From Mobula hypostoma (Eukaryota): a stretch of 64,000 nucleotides of DNA. The notes under the pieces are model-generated. The model worked only from the letters and a program-made list of their open reading frames with translations, ran no database searches and was not told the origin of the DNA. Both the position numbers and the translations under genes were made by a program. Location: the NCBI RefSeq assembly GCF_963921235.1, contig NC_086108.1, positions 103,418,001 to 103,482,000 on the forward strand, written 5' to 3'. This document shows positions 36,201 to 47,960 of the stretch, one piece after another (position 1 is the first letter of the stretch; each line of letters begins with the position of its first letter).

Positions 36201-38225
36201 AGGCAGTGGACGTCACTGACTTAGATTTTCAGAAAGCATTTGATAAGGTGCCTCACATGAGACTGCTTAACAAGATAAAATCCTATGGTTTTACAGGAAA
36301 GATACTAGCATGGATAGAGGAATGGCCGACAGGCAGGAGGCAGCGAGTGGGAATAATGGGGGCATTTTCTGGTTGGCTGCCAGTGACTATAGTGGTGTCT
36401 CTCAGGGGTCAGTATTGGGACTGCTACTTTTCACATTGTCAATGATTTAGATAGTGGAATTAATGGCTTTGTGGAAAGGTTTGCGGATGATACAAAGATA
36501 GGTGGAAGGGTAGGAAGTGCTGAGGAAGCAATGCAATTACAGCAAGATTTGGATGAACTGGAAGAATGGGTAAAAAGTGGCAAGTGGAATACAGTGTTGG
36601 AAAATGCATGAAAATGCATTTTGGTAAAAGGAACAATAGTGCAGACTATTATCTAAATGGGGAGAAAATTCATACATCAGAGGTGCAAAGGGACTTGGGA
36701 GTCTTCATGCAAGACTCCCAGAAGGTTTATTCACAGGTTGAGTCTGAGGTGAAGAAAGCAAATGCAATGTGGGCATTTATTTCAAGGGGAATAGAATATA
36801 AAAACAATTAGATAATGCTGAAGCTTTACAAAACACTAGTCAGGCTAGTAACTAGTATTGTCAACAGTTTTGGGCCCCTTATCTCAGAAAAGAAGTATTG
36901 TCATTGGAATCTAGAGGAGGTTCACGAAGATGATTCCAAGAATGAAGGGGTTAACATATAAGGAGCATCTGGTAACTTTGGGCCTGTACTCACTGGAAAT
37001 TAGAAGAATGTGTGGGAATCTCATTAAAACCTACTGAATGCTGAAAGGACTAGATAAAGTGGATGTGGAGAGGATGTTTCCTCTGGTGGAGGTATCCAGA
37101 ATTGAGGGACGACCTTTTAGAACAGAGATAAGGAGGAATTGTTTTTAGTCAAAGAGTAGTGAATCTGTGGAATGTTCTGCCACAGACTGCGGGGGAGGCC
37201 AAGTCCATGGGTATATTCAAAGCAGAAGCTGATAGTTTCCTGATTGGTCACGGCAACTAAGGATATGGTGAGAAGGCAGGTGTATGGGGTATGAGATTTG
37301 GAATCAGCCATGATGAAATGGTGGAGCGGACCTGATGATCTGAATGGTCTAATTCTGCTCTAAGGTCTTATTGTCTAACATCTCCTCCACAATCTCCATT
37401 ACCACATGTGGAGGAGGAGATGCGTCAGGAGGGTGAAAACAGAGGTCCATGAGCTAGTTCTCATGAGGGGATAAGAGGTGGAGAGGGTTAGAAACTTTAA
37501 ATTCCTCAGTATCCTTATTTCAGAGGACCTATCCCAGGCCTAGCCCGTAAGTTCAATTACGAAGAGAGCACGGCAGCGCCTCTAATTCCCTAGATGTATG
37601 CAAGGATTCAGCGTGATATCTAATACTTCGATAAACTTCTAAAGGTGTGTGGTGGAGAGTATATCAACTGGCTGCACCACAGCCTAGGATGGAAATACCA
37701 ATGCCCTTGAATGGAAAATCCTACAAAAATCTCACGGTTCAAGCCCCCTCCCCCCCCCTACACTGAGCACATTTACACAGAGTGCTGTTGCAGGAAAGCA
37801 GCATCCACCGTCAGGGATCTCAACACCCAGGACATACTCTCTTCTCGCTGCTACTATAAGGAAGAAGGTACAAAAGCCTCAGGTCTCACACCACCAGATT
37901 CAGGAACAGTCATTACCCTTCAACCATTGGGAATAACTTCACTCAGCTTCACTCACCCATCACTGAACTGTTCCCACAACCTATGGACTCTCCTTCAAGG
38001 ACTTTTCATTTCATGTACTCAGTATTTATTGCTTATTTATGTATTATTACTATTAAGTTACTCTTTTGCACCTTGGTTGTTTGTCCGCCTTGTTGGTTCC
38101 AGTCTTTCACGGATTCTATTATAGTTCTTGGATTTCATGAGTACGCCCTTGAGAAAGTGAATATCAGGGTTATATATGGTGACAAATATGTACTTCGATA
38201 ATGAATTTACGTTGGAATTTGAATA
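33260..38225 (+). mobile_element. Rex1/Babar-type LINE split by the CR1 at 33760-37376
   Basis: The 5' part has [23 protein letters not shown]...[16 protein letters not shown]. The 3' part resumes at 37377 and ends with the family tail near 38200-38222. Confidence 0.72.
33760..37376 (+). mobile_element. CR1 LINE, long 5'-truncated decayed copy (ORF1 esterase part, ORF2, 3' end)
   Basis: SGNH/esterase-like ORF1 remnant VHIGTNN...VVISGLLPVP...LHLNLRGTNILAGRF. Endonuclease remnants NACSIQNK and VGITELWL. RT motifs GKSCLTNLLEFFEEVT, LDFQKAFDKVPH and FADDTK. CR1 3' tail. It splits a Rex1-like copy. Confidence 0.9.
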
Positions 38226-38879
38226 GCGCTCAGGGAATAAAGGAGACCATTTCCTTGGGAGGTCTTCCCTCCATAGCTTTCTGCCTTGGAGCTCCCTATC
38301 CCACAGCCCACCTCTGGCATCCTGTTAAAGATTCACACACTAGTTATTAACCAACAACCATCAGGCTCCTAAACTGGTGTGGATAACTTCACTCACCACT
38401 GCTCTGAACTGATTCTATAACCTTCATACTCAAACTATTTACAACTCATGCTCTCAGTATTATTTTGTATGTGTACAGTTTCCCTTCTTTTACATACTGG
38501 GGTCTGTCAGTCATTCTAGCTATTTTTTGTAAAATTCTATTGACTTTTTTTCCTGCTAATGCCTGCAAGAAAATGAATCTCAAGGCAGTATATGTAACAT
38601 ATAGGTACTCTGATAATAAATTTACTTTGAACTCTGAAGATCCACTAACAGATTTGCCCCAACCTATCCACTGTTTCAGCCTGCTCTTGCTCCACTCAAC
38701 TTATCTTTATCCTATACTCCATACCGCCCTTTTTGAATCTGGCCTTCATACTGTTATAATGAGGACTAATATAAGTTTGAGGAAAAAGCTCCTCAGGTCC
38801 TGTCAGGTACTTTGCTGTCTTCAAAATTCAATATTGATTTCAATAGAGAAGCTCTCTCTGTATCAGGATGGGCCACATC

Positions 38880-39361
38880 ATCAACCTTTTCACATAGTTT
38901 CACCTGCCAGCTTGTACTCCATCCCTTCCCGCTACCTCCTTATTCTGGCTTTTTTCCCTCTTCCCTTCTAGTCCACAGAACATAGAAAAGTACAGCACAG
39001 TACAGGCCCTTCGGCCCACAATGTTGTGCCGACCCTCAAACCCTGCCTCCCATATAAGCCCCCACCTTAAATTCCTCCATATACCTGTCTAGTAGTCTCT
39101 TAAACTTCACTAGTGTATCTGCCTCCACCACTGACTCAAGCAGTGCATTCCACACACCAACCACTCTCTGAGTAAAAAACCTTCCTCTAATATCCCCCTT
39201 GAACTTCCCACCCCTTACCTTAAAGCCATGTCCTCTTGTATTGAGCAGTGATGCCCTGGGGAAGAGTCCAGATGAAAGGTCTCGGTCTAAAATGTCAACT
39301 GTTTATCCCTCTATATAGAAACTAGCTCTAGCTAACCTGCCGGTCTGCTGGGTTCCTCCAG
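38880..39361 (+). mobile_element. Old Penelope pseudo-LTR fragment interrupted by a minus-strand CR1 3' fragment (38976-39264)
   Basis: Degenerate hammerhead AGTCCAGATGAAAGGTCTCGGTCTAAAATGTCAACT. AGTCCA is duplicated at 38970-38975 and 39265-39270 around the CR1 piece. Confidence 0.7.
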
Positions 39362-39774
39362 GAGAGTGAGAGAGGGAGTACGAGGGAGTGCAAGGACAGG
39401 AGGAGGGGTTTTGAGGGGGGTGTGTGCGAGGGGGTGGGCACAGAAGGGGGGTGTGCGCGCAAGGGAGCTCTCTCTCTCTCTCTTCTTGTTCTCCTCTCTT
39501 CATCAGCACAGGCTGATCTGCTGCGTAGGTCCTGACGCCCTGCACACTGAAATTCTTTTATGTTCTTAAACTGCCTTTATTTTTTTTCCAGCAACAAAGG
39601 ACCAAATTCTCTCTCCAACTGTCCCATGAACTCATTGGTCAGATGACTTTGCTTCAAACTTCCATCAGGGAAACACTAACCTCATCAGATATGCTCCTTG
39701 TCCTAACCTTTCCCTTTCTCATCTTCACTGCGGATTAATACTTGATTTTGTTCCTTGATGGAAGTGATACCCTG

Positions 39775-40040
39775 GATGGGTGTTTGTCTGACATTCAGAG
39801 AGAAACTGAGAGTTAACCACACTGCAGCAGATCAAGAGTTATAGCAAGGTCAGGACGGCAAATTTTCTCTCACAAAGGAAATTAGTGAACCAGGTTTTTA
39901 CAAGAGTCAGGAAGATTTGTGGTCATTATTATTACGACTACATTTTTATAAATCTTGATTATTAACCACATTTTCAAATTTCCATGGCAAAATTCAAATT
40001 CGTAGCTTTGGGTTATTACCCTGAGTCTACACCACCAGCA
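39775..40040 (-). mobile_element. Old SINE-like element homologous to the 5' region of the 12125-15110 LINE
   Basis: TTCAGAG..GAGAGTTAACCACACTGC and GGTCAGGACGGCAAA..AAGGAAATTAGTG align with 14995-15110. The minus strand begins GGTGGTGTAG with a degenerate B-box-like segment. Confidence 0.55.
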
Positions 40041-41249
40041 ACAACAAAAATAATTTTCAGATTTAAAGGAAAAACATTTACGGGAGCCTTTTAGGTAATT
40101 ATCAAAGTTGAACAAAATCAGCTTTTGCAGGTATTTAAGAAAAAGCTTTGGTAAATATATTACTTTTAGATTTCTACAATTAATTGCAATTAAATTTTTA
40201 GCAACAATGAGTAAACCTATATGTCATCTGTGTCACTTGTATTTTTAGTTAGTGACATGTTCACAAACAAGTGAAATTGGTCAATTGTCCATGTGCAAAA
40301 TCTACAGTTTAAAATCTTCATTCTTCAAGCAAGTGCATGGTTAACATTATAAACTATTGCTGACACAGAAGTTCATGAGCGTAAAATTATTTTCTTTTAA
40401 GTGGGCCTTCGGGTGTATTTTCTCAGCTGCCGGTAAAAACTGAGAAGTTCAAGGCTAGATATTGTGAAAGGCTGAGGAAAGATTGGTGCAATCTCGAGTC
40501 CCATGTGCAGTATAAACACGAGTGCATTCAGAGCAGATAGAATTAAACTCCAGCTGTACCACATTCTGCTTAGATCATATCTGATTACTGAGAGCAGTCT
40601 AGACACCATCAGAAACATCTGCTTTTGGAAGATGAATGTTTATCTGAATGGTATTTTAAATTCAAGCGATTAAATTAGAAGGAGAATGCAGACATCAGGT
40701 TTGTCAATCTGGTTAAGGGGTGATTTCACTGACATAACATTAAGGGGAATCATTAGAGATATGCCAGAAAAGGGCCATCACCATCATTTAGGATTACACC
40801 CACCCTACTCATGGATTGTTTGTCCCACTTCTAGGAAAGAGGTTACACAGCATCTACACTTAGGACCACCAGACTCAGAAACAGTTACTTACCCCAAACC
40901 ATCAGCTGATCAACACCTCCACCCATTAACTCACCCCACCACCACTTTATCATTTCCTGTCAGTCACTTTATGTACAGTACCCAGTATCACTTCATTTGC
41001 ATACAATCAGCCTGTATATCTTAATATATTAATACTTATCTTTTTTTTAATTGTGTTCTTTATGCTTGTTTTGTTTATGCTGTATTGGATCAGAAGTAAC
41101 AATCATTTCATTCTCCTTTACACCTACGTACTAAGAATGACAAAAATAATCTTGACTCTTGAAAGTGCTTCCACTGGTTGGGGGTGGGGGTCAAGTCTAA
41201 AATTGGATCCAAGACTTTTCAAAAATGGGTTAACACTTCTACATTAAAG

Positions 41250-41435
41250 CATAAACACGAGAGATCCTGCAGATTTTGGAAATCCAAAGTAACACATACA
41301 AAATAATGAATGAACTCAACAGGTCAGGCAGCATCGATGGAGATGAATAGACAGTCGATGTTTCAGGACGAGACTGTTTATTCATTTCCATAGATGTTGC
41401 CTGACCTGCTGAGCTCCTCCAGCACTTTGTATGCG
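41250..41435. mobile_element. Short palindromic non-autonomous Penelope-derived element
   Basis: Inverted pseudo-LTR arms (CAGGTCAGGCAGCATC / GATGTTGCCTGACCTG). 11-bp TSD CTACATTARAG at 41239-41249 and 41436-41446, one mismatch. Confidence 0.78.
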
Positions 41436-41867
41436 CTACATTAGAGTTTAGTATTATTGTGAGATTTTTTAAAAATCAGATGGCAATTGGTGCTCGGTCA
41501 ATTGTAAATAGAAGATTGATAAGGTACTGGTAATTTAGGGTACAAGGAACATGGAGGAAAAGGTAGCTGGAGTTGTAGAGTACTAGAGCACAGAACCTCG
41601 GTCCATCTCACCCATGCTGAATTATTATCTGCCTAGTCCCATTGATCTGCACCCAGACCATAGCCCTCCCTACCCCTCCCATCCATGTCCTATCCAATTT
41701 TCTCTTGAATGTTGAAATTGAATCCACATCCACTACTCTGCCTACAGCTCATTCCTTACTCAAACCACACTCTGAAGGAAGAGTGAAGCTATGTGCAGAT
41801 AGCCAAGATCAGGCTAAATGGGGGAAATGGCCTTCCAAATCAAGCTCTTATGTTTGTTTTCTTCCTT

Positions 41868-42703
41868 TTTATCAAAGAAATGTTTATTTTTGCCAACAAG
41901 CTCACAAATTCTCTAAACAAATGCAGGAGATCTTGGGGAAGTGAACTTGGCTCATGTACAAATGATGTTGGGGAAATCATCATCTATCTCTTTCTGGTTT
42001 AGCACAACAAGCAATTGCTCACAAAGCCAACCTTTATTAGTAACATTCTCAAATGCATCAAGGGTTTATGCTCATTCCAGACCTGAGTGCATAACCTTGC
42101 TGGCACTTCAGTACAAGTGCATCATTGTAGTGCGTGCCTTCATTCATATGAGATAACGAACAGAGACTGTAGCTACTTTCTGAGAAACATAAACGATTCA
42201 ACAGAATCATTTAAAGAAGCAAAATGGTAAATCCTGGCCAACATTTATCCTCAATAAAACTCTGAAAACTGATTATTTGGTGATTAATCTGATGTTGTTT
42301 GTGAGCTCTTTCCGCGCACCAAGTGCCTCCTACACTTCCTAAACAACAATATGGTACAAATTCAGAAATATTTCAAAAGCTGCAGAGTGCTTTAGGGCCA
42401 TGAATAGTGCTTTCAAAATAAAAGATCTCCTTTCGCGACACCTGCTCATATTCATGCCAACTGCTGGACAAAGTACAGATGAATACACAAGTGCAAAGCT
42501 ACCAAGGCAGGATGGCGCTTTATATATATATATAAAATGATTTCAAGTCGTCCACTATAAAGATGCCGGAAATTCAAAACTTGACTATGGTTTTATCAAA
42601 CTGCTTTATCAAAGAAATGCTTTTTTTTTGCTAACAAACTCACAAATTCTCTAAGCAAATGCAGGAGATCTTGGGGAAGCGAATTTGGCTCATGTACAAA
42701 TGA
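41868..42703. repeat. Dispersed direct duplication of about 98 bp (41868-41965 and 42605-42703)
   Basis: TTTATCAAAGAAATG...CTCACAAATTCTCTAARCAAATGCAGGAGATCTTGGGGAAGYGAAYTTGGCTCATGTACAAATGA occurs twice with few differences. Confidence 0.9.
42025..42434 (+). mobile_element. Ancient DeuSINE (SacSINE1/AmnSINE1-like), highly diverged
   Basis: Collinear remnants of the Deu domain and tail: CCAGACCTGAGTGCATAACC, TCCTGGCCAACATTTATCCTCAA, GATTATTTGGTGATTA...TGTTGTTTGTGAG, GCTGCAGAGTGCTTTAGGG. Confidence 0.65.
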
Positions 42704-43312
42704 AGAAAATTATACTGCAATGCTGCACGCACTGAGGTCCATACTAATGAATTTGGGGATTCTAATTATCCAAACAAAGAATATATCAGCGACAAAGGGT
42801 ATTAAACACAAAATGATAAAATTAAACTAAAACTAAGAAGAGGTTTCAAATTATTTTTCAGTGGGCTCCACATCAAAAAATACATCCCAACATTTGCAAT
42901 CTAGTCATAGTCTCACCAGAGATACATTCCATAAGGAAGTTATCTATATAAAAACATTGTAAAAGAACATTCTCTACTATATCAATAATGGTTCTAGCTT
43001 CCATATCATGATTCCCCCAAACTCCAAAATCTCCTATCACATTTTACCAAATCAGTGCCGTTAGCAAGAAAATTACCTCCATGCTGACGTACCTATGCTA
43101 TGTACACATGAAGTCAGCAACATTTTAAGTACTCTCAAACAACTTTTCTTCCCTACGTATGTACAAAGAATATTCATAAACTGTTGAGGTATCAGCAAAA
43201 CAAATAATTCTGTTTGCATTCAACGTGCTTTGTGAAAATAGGCAAAACCAGACGTCGTTTGAAAAAGGGAACAAAGAAAAACTGATGTCATGGTTACCAT
43301 AGTTACACATAC

Positions 43313-44805
43313 TCTTTGTTGTGTTTCAGTGCCACATGGTCAGATTCAAAGTAGTATACATCAGGCTCTTCCTCCTCCTCCTCTTCTCTAGACTGTTGGC
43401 TGCTATTCTCCCTGCTTGGGGGCAAATGCCCTCTATCCAGCCCCTGCTGCGCAGGTGAGTTGGGTACATTACCACTGCAATTGTCTCCAGCCCCATCTAG
43501 AGGCAGCTCCCTTTTAGCCTGAGAGTCATCCTCTTCCAATTTCGCACAACGTTCCCTGTCTGAAGCCACTACTGCACCAATGTCCATTTCACATTCATTA
43601 AGACTGGGAAATTTATCTTCCACCTGCCCATTGTCCCTGGGGGGTGAACACATCTTTTGAGGGCTGCCCTTGTTAACTGCAGCCCTCCTTGGCGAAGTTC
43701 TCAGTGCATATCTGTGTTCTTGGGATTTAAAGAAGGACCCTAATCCAGAGTCTGGCACTGCAGAATAGTCAGCCATCCCTGAGATCTGTTCAACATCCTG
43801 AGCAGCATCTATACTGCAACCGGCATTTTCAAAACACTGCTCCTTCAACAGGGATGAGCTATACCCCACAACGTCGACTTCTTCCTCTGATTCCCTGATT
43901 TGCGATGGGTTTTCAGTTGCTAAAAAAGCAGTAGATTGCTGTGACTGACTGGTTTGCGACCCAGAGTGGCAGTCACTTACTGTCTTGTGGTCTTCCCACT
44001 CCGAGTCTCTAGAAGGCACGTCAGGCTCTGAAATTGTGGCCAACTTACTGCCATTGAGCAGCGGTGAATGACCACCGGAATTAATGTTTTCAGTTTCTGT
44101 TGGTGAAATGGGAGCGCGCATATCAACATGTTTTGGTTTATTGTTCAAATGAAGAGGTTCACACTCACGATGCTCTGGAGCAGCAGCAACATCTTTCTCA
44201 TTGATCCCATTAGCAGCCTGGTGAGCAGACACCTCCTTCAGCAGCAATGAATCCTCATGTCCGCCATCCAAGTCCTTCACTCTTTTGATCTCCCTTTTGT
44301 CACAATCATCCAGTAAAAGAAAGCGTCGAGCACGTTTGAGCTGCGCTGAGTCCCCATCATTGCTTACAGCCGAGCCTCTCCGCTCGAGCGAAGTCTTTTC
44401 GTTCTTAACTGGTGGCGATGCTTCCTCCAAGCCATCCACAGGCTCTGAGCGGGAGCATCGTTTTACCCGTTTGAAGACGGGTAATACCGGGTCACAGATG
44501 TCCAAAGGCTTTTTCTCGTGAATATCTTTCTCAGAACAGAAGGGTCCCCTTTTTCTAGGGCTCGCCCAGGACTCTCGGGTCTGGTGCTGCTTACATTCAC
44601 TAACTTTCCCACTGCTTGTGCCTTTCTGTTGTGGTGTGGCTTCTTGCTTCTTCTTCGGTGATCGCGATCTTAACTGAGGAAGAGGGGAGGAATCGTCAGG
44701 GTGAACTATGCTCCGATTCCTCAAAGTTCGTCCGCAGAAGTTTTCATCCAAACCATTCGACCCAACTGAAGACCTTGTAACACGCTGGGATCGAAAAGCA
44801 GCCAT
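43313..44805 (-). CDS. ZZZ3: ZZ-type zinc finger-containing protein 3, large first coding exon (N-terminal ~497 aa)
   Basis: Translation MAAFRSQRVTRSSVGSNGLDENFCGRTLRNRSI...RESWASPRKR...EEEVDVVG...QEHRYALRTSPRRAA...PDVYYFESDHVALKHNK matches vertebrate ZZZ3 as I recall it. ATG at 44805-44803. Phase-2 donor GA|GTATGT after 43313. Candidate acceptors are a polypyrimidine tract plus AAG (exon start 44870) or TTTTAG (exon start 44821). Confidence 0.95.
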
Positions 44806-44986
44806 ACTATGTGGCAAATTCCTAAAATATCACCATCATGATTGTCTCATGAGCACCAAGTGAAGAAAACCTTGAGGATACAAAAGAAAAGAGTAAAGTT
44901 AAGATGGATGCAGTGAAGAAAACATATTGCATACAAATACCATCTAAAAACTATTTGACTTAGCCATGTATAATAGTATTGAAGCA

Positions 44987-45166
44987 ACACAAACAAATGC
45001 TGGAGGAACTCAGCAGGCAGGCAGCATCTATAGAAATAAGTACAGTCGACATTTTGGGCTGAAATATTGACTGTACTTTTTTTCCATAGATGCTGCCTGG
45101 CCTACTGAGTTCCTCCAGCATTTTGTGTATTGCTCGGATTTCCAGCATCTGCAGATTTTCTCTTGT
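44987..45166. mobile_element. Short palindromic non-autonomous Penelope-derived element
   Basis: Inverted arms TGCTGGAGGAACTCAG / CTGAGTTCCTCCAGCA. 16-bp direct repeat TAATAGTATTGAAGCA at 44971-44986 and 45167-45182. Confidence 0.82.
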
Positions 45167-46231
45167 TAATAGTATTGAAGCATTTTGTTTTCAGCTATTT
45201 ATTACTTTGTCCTTCAAGATGCACAGTTGAAAGTATCCTGACTGGTTGCATCACCATCTGCTAAAGCAATTCAAATGCACAACACTGCAAGAAATGCACA
45301 GAGTAATTGACTCTAACCAATACATACATCGGAACATCCCTCCCCACCACTGGTAGTATCTATAGGAGGCATTGTTTCAAGAAAGCAACTTCTATCATCA
45401 AAGATCCCCATCTTGCGGGCCATGCCATCTTTTATCATCGAGGAAGAGGCTGAGAAGCCATAAGTCCCAAACCAGCAGGTTCAAGAACAGCTACCAAACC
45501 TTTGACTACAGTTTAGTAACACTATGATCACTTTGCACCAAAATGGCCTTTCTTGGTTCTAATTGCATTTTTTTGTAAAGATTGTGTATAATTTATGTTT
45601 ATGTTTTTCTTGTGAATGCTGCATCTAGGATGCTATGTGCGTCAAGCAAGTTTTTCATTACACCTGTGCAGACAGGTACTTGTGCATATGGCAATAAGCT
45701 CAAATTTGACTTTGAAGTGAAAGAATTCAATTGCAAAAAAGATCCTGGGGCAAGAAGCTGTCCTGCCATAGGAAGTAGTTGAAACTGCAAGCATTTATCT
45801 CTCCTTCCTAAGCAGGAATAATGGGGAAACAACGAGGCAGTGGAGCAGTCTCTTTGATCTCAGAAAGAGCTGTCAGCAACATGGTTTGATAAGCTGAACG
45901 GACCGCCCTGTTCTATAAATATCCATTATGGCATGAAAGTATTTTCCCCGGTACAAAAGTACTGTACAAATATGAAAGCTAAAATCTCAAATACTGAAAA
46001 AAGAACAAGAAAATCATAATTATTTTTCTACAGACATATCCAACTACCACTCAACACGAATGACTGACCACATTTCATGTGAACAGTGTAAGCAAAAACA
46101 GTAGTAAGATTTATGGGTTTCTCAGTCATGCTCCTTATTCCAGAGTGAGTTGCTGAAATTATTAGGTAAGAGATCAGGAATAACATGATTTGTAGTATGA
46201 ACGACTGAAAAACAGAAGCAGGAATAGGTCA

Positions 46232-46340
46232 ACACACAAAAAGTGCTGGAGGAACTCAGCAGGTCAGGCAGCATCTATGGAAAGGAATAAAATCGACGGA
46301 GTCCTGCTGAGTTCCTCCAGCATTTTGTGAGTGTTGCCTT
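46232..46340. mobile_element. Very short palindromic Penelope-derived element
   Basis: GCTGGAGGAACTCAGCAGG / CCTGCTGAGTTCCTCCAGC arms. 11-bp TSD GGAATAGRTCA at 46221-46231 and 46341-46351, one mismatch. Confidence 0.78.
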
Positions 46341-46769
46341 GGAATAGATCAGTTGTCCTCACAAGCCCGTTCACCATTCAATAAGATCATGCTTGATCTG
46401 ATGTTAACCTCAACACCACTTTGCCACCTGCCTCTCATATTCCTTGACTCTTGTTCTAAAAATTCACAACCTTCTGGGAGAAGTTCTTCTTCACCTCCAT
46501 CTGAAACTATTTTAATTGTTGTTCCTCTCCGCACCTTGTGATACATTGGGCAGCAACCTTGCTGTTTCTTTACCATTTTGTCTGTTTATTATGAGGCCAA
46601 GTTGCTAGCTTGACCCTCAACCCAGCAGCACGGATGAAAAGCACACAAAAAGCCGGCTGCTTTTGAACCCGGGACCACTCGCCTCAAAGTCAAATGCAGA
46701 TGCCGCTACACCACCAGCCAGCTAATCAAACTATGGACCACAGGGGAACAACCAATTAGCATCCACCTT

Positions 46770-47023
46770 TTCAAAAACACAAGAGATTCTGCTGATGGTG
46801 GAAATCCAGAGCAATACACACAAACGCAAAATGCCGGAGGAACTCAGTAGGCCAGGATGGTTCTTCCTCCTTCCTTTCCAGTCCTGATGAAGGGTCATGG
46901 CCCAAAATGCTGACTGCTCAAAGAATCATAGCCCTTCAGCCCATTTAGTCTTTGCCAAGTCACTTATTCCTGTCCAAAGCGGCTGCCTGACCTGCTGAGC
47001 TCCGCAAACATTTTGTGTGCTCC
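46770..47023. mobile_element. Short inverted Penelope-derived element with decayed hammerhead
   Basis: CTGATGA-A-GGGT-CATG-GCCC-AAAAT starting at 46884, inverted arms, and 8-bp TSD TCCACCTT at 46762-46769 and 47024-47031. Confidence 0.7.
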
Positions 47024-47694
47024 TCCACCTTAGAAATACCCCTCAAGATCATACATGTCAGTCTACTATACTCCAGTGAATATAGGCTACCCCGATCAAC
47101 CTTTCTTCATAAACTAACCCTTCACTCCTTTAATAAAAATATGCTATCGCCAAAGGTTCTTTTAATTATCAATTTAAATTTGCTCCTGTAGTTACCAAGT
47201 CCAGTAACGTTCAAACGGTATCCAGTATCGAAGCTGTTTATATTAGTTTTATATATATAATTACTGCATGATATTAGTTTATGATCCATGCCCATTCTTT
47301 CAACAATTTCTCATCTCTTCACATTCCTGTATATTAAATTACCTCAACAGGAATGTTAATTTTTGTCAAAATATTTCTTAAGTCAATTACTTCCTATGAG
47401 TTTGCAAATTTTCAAAATATATTTCATCTGCAAACATTGAAATACTGAAATAATCTTATCCAAATAGGACTTATATTGGCTGAGCTTTAAAAGAACAAGA
47501 GGTAACTGATTAAAACATGCCCTTGGAAGAAAAAAAATTGGCAAATCGGTTTATTATTGACACATGTACTGAAGTACAGTGAAAAAATTGCATACAGTTC
47601 TTACAGATTAAATCATTACAACAGTGCACTGAGGTAGTACAAGGTAAAATAATAATGGAATGCAGAATATAGTGTTCCTGTTAGAGGAAGTGCA

Positions 47695-47960
47695 GGGTGA
47701 CATGGTAGTGTAGTGGTTAGCACGACACTTTATAGTACTAGCAATTCCCACCACTGCCTGTAAGGAGTTTGTACATTCTCCCCGTGACTGCATGGGTTTC
47801 CTCCGGGTGCTCCAGTTTCCTCCTACAGTCCAAAGACATACCAGTTAGTAGGTCATTCTAAACTGTCCATGATTAGGCTAGGGTTAAATCGGGGGATTGC
47901 GAGGCAGTTTGGCTCTAAGGGCCGGAAGAGGCTATTCCATGTAGTATCTCAATAAGTAAC
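47695..47960 (+). mobile_element. tRNA-derived V-SINE
   Basis: GGTAGTGTAGTGGTTAGC head and V-domain GTTTGTACATTCTCCCCGTGACTGCATGGGTTTCCTCCGGGTGCTCCAGTTTCCTCCTACAGTCCAAAGAC. Confidence 0.8.

Noticed and set aside
38465..38971. 168-aa hydrophobic ORF
   Set aside because: It spans a Rex1 3' tail and decayed Penelope sequence, so it is a chance open frame.
39362..39500. G-rich tract followed by a CT microsatellite (possible G-quadruplex)
   Set aside because: Low-complexity sequence adjoining a decayed Penelope fragment, with no evidence of function.
41868..41965. Intronic snoRNA pair
   Set aside because: No terminal C/D boxes are evident, and the possible ACA in one copy is GCA in the other. 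Kept only as an unexplained duplication.
1..43312. Downstream ZZZ3 exons (YQRLLQTIAVLEAQ, SANT and ZZ domains)
   Set aside because: Not found by eye or in the ORF track. They are probably beyond the window start, though a short exon could have been missed.
43303..44817. ORF-track 504-aa protein starting MPHS and ending EYV
   Set aside because: It starts at a non-ATG codon upstream of the conserved Met and reads through the GTATGT donor into the intron. The real exon CDS is 44805-43313.
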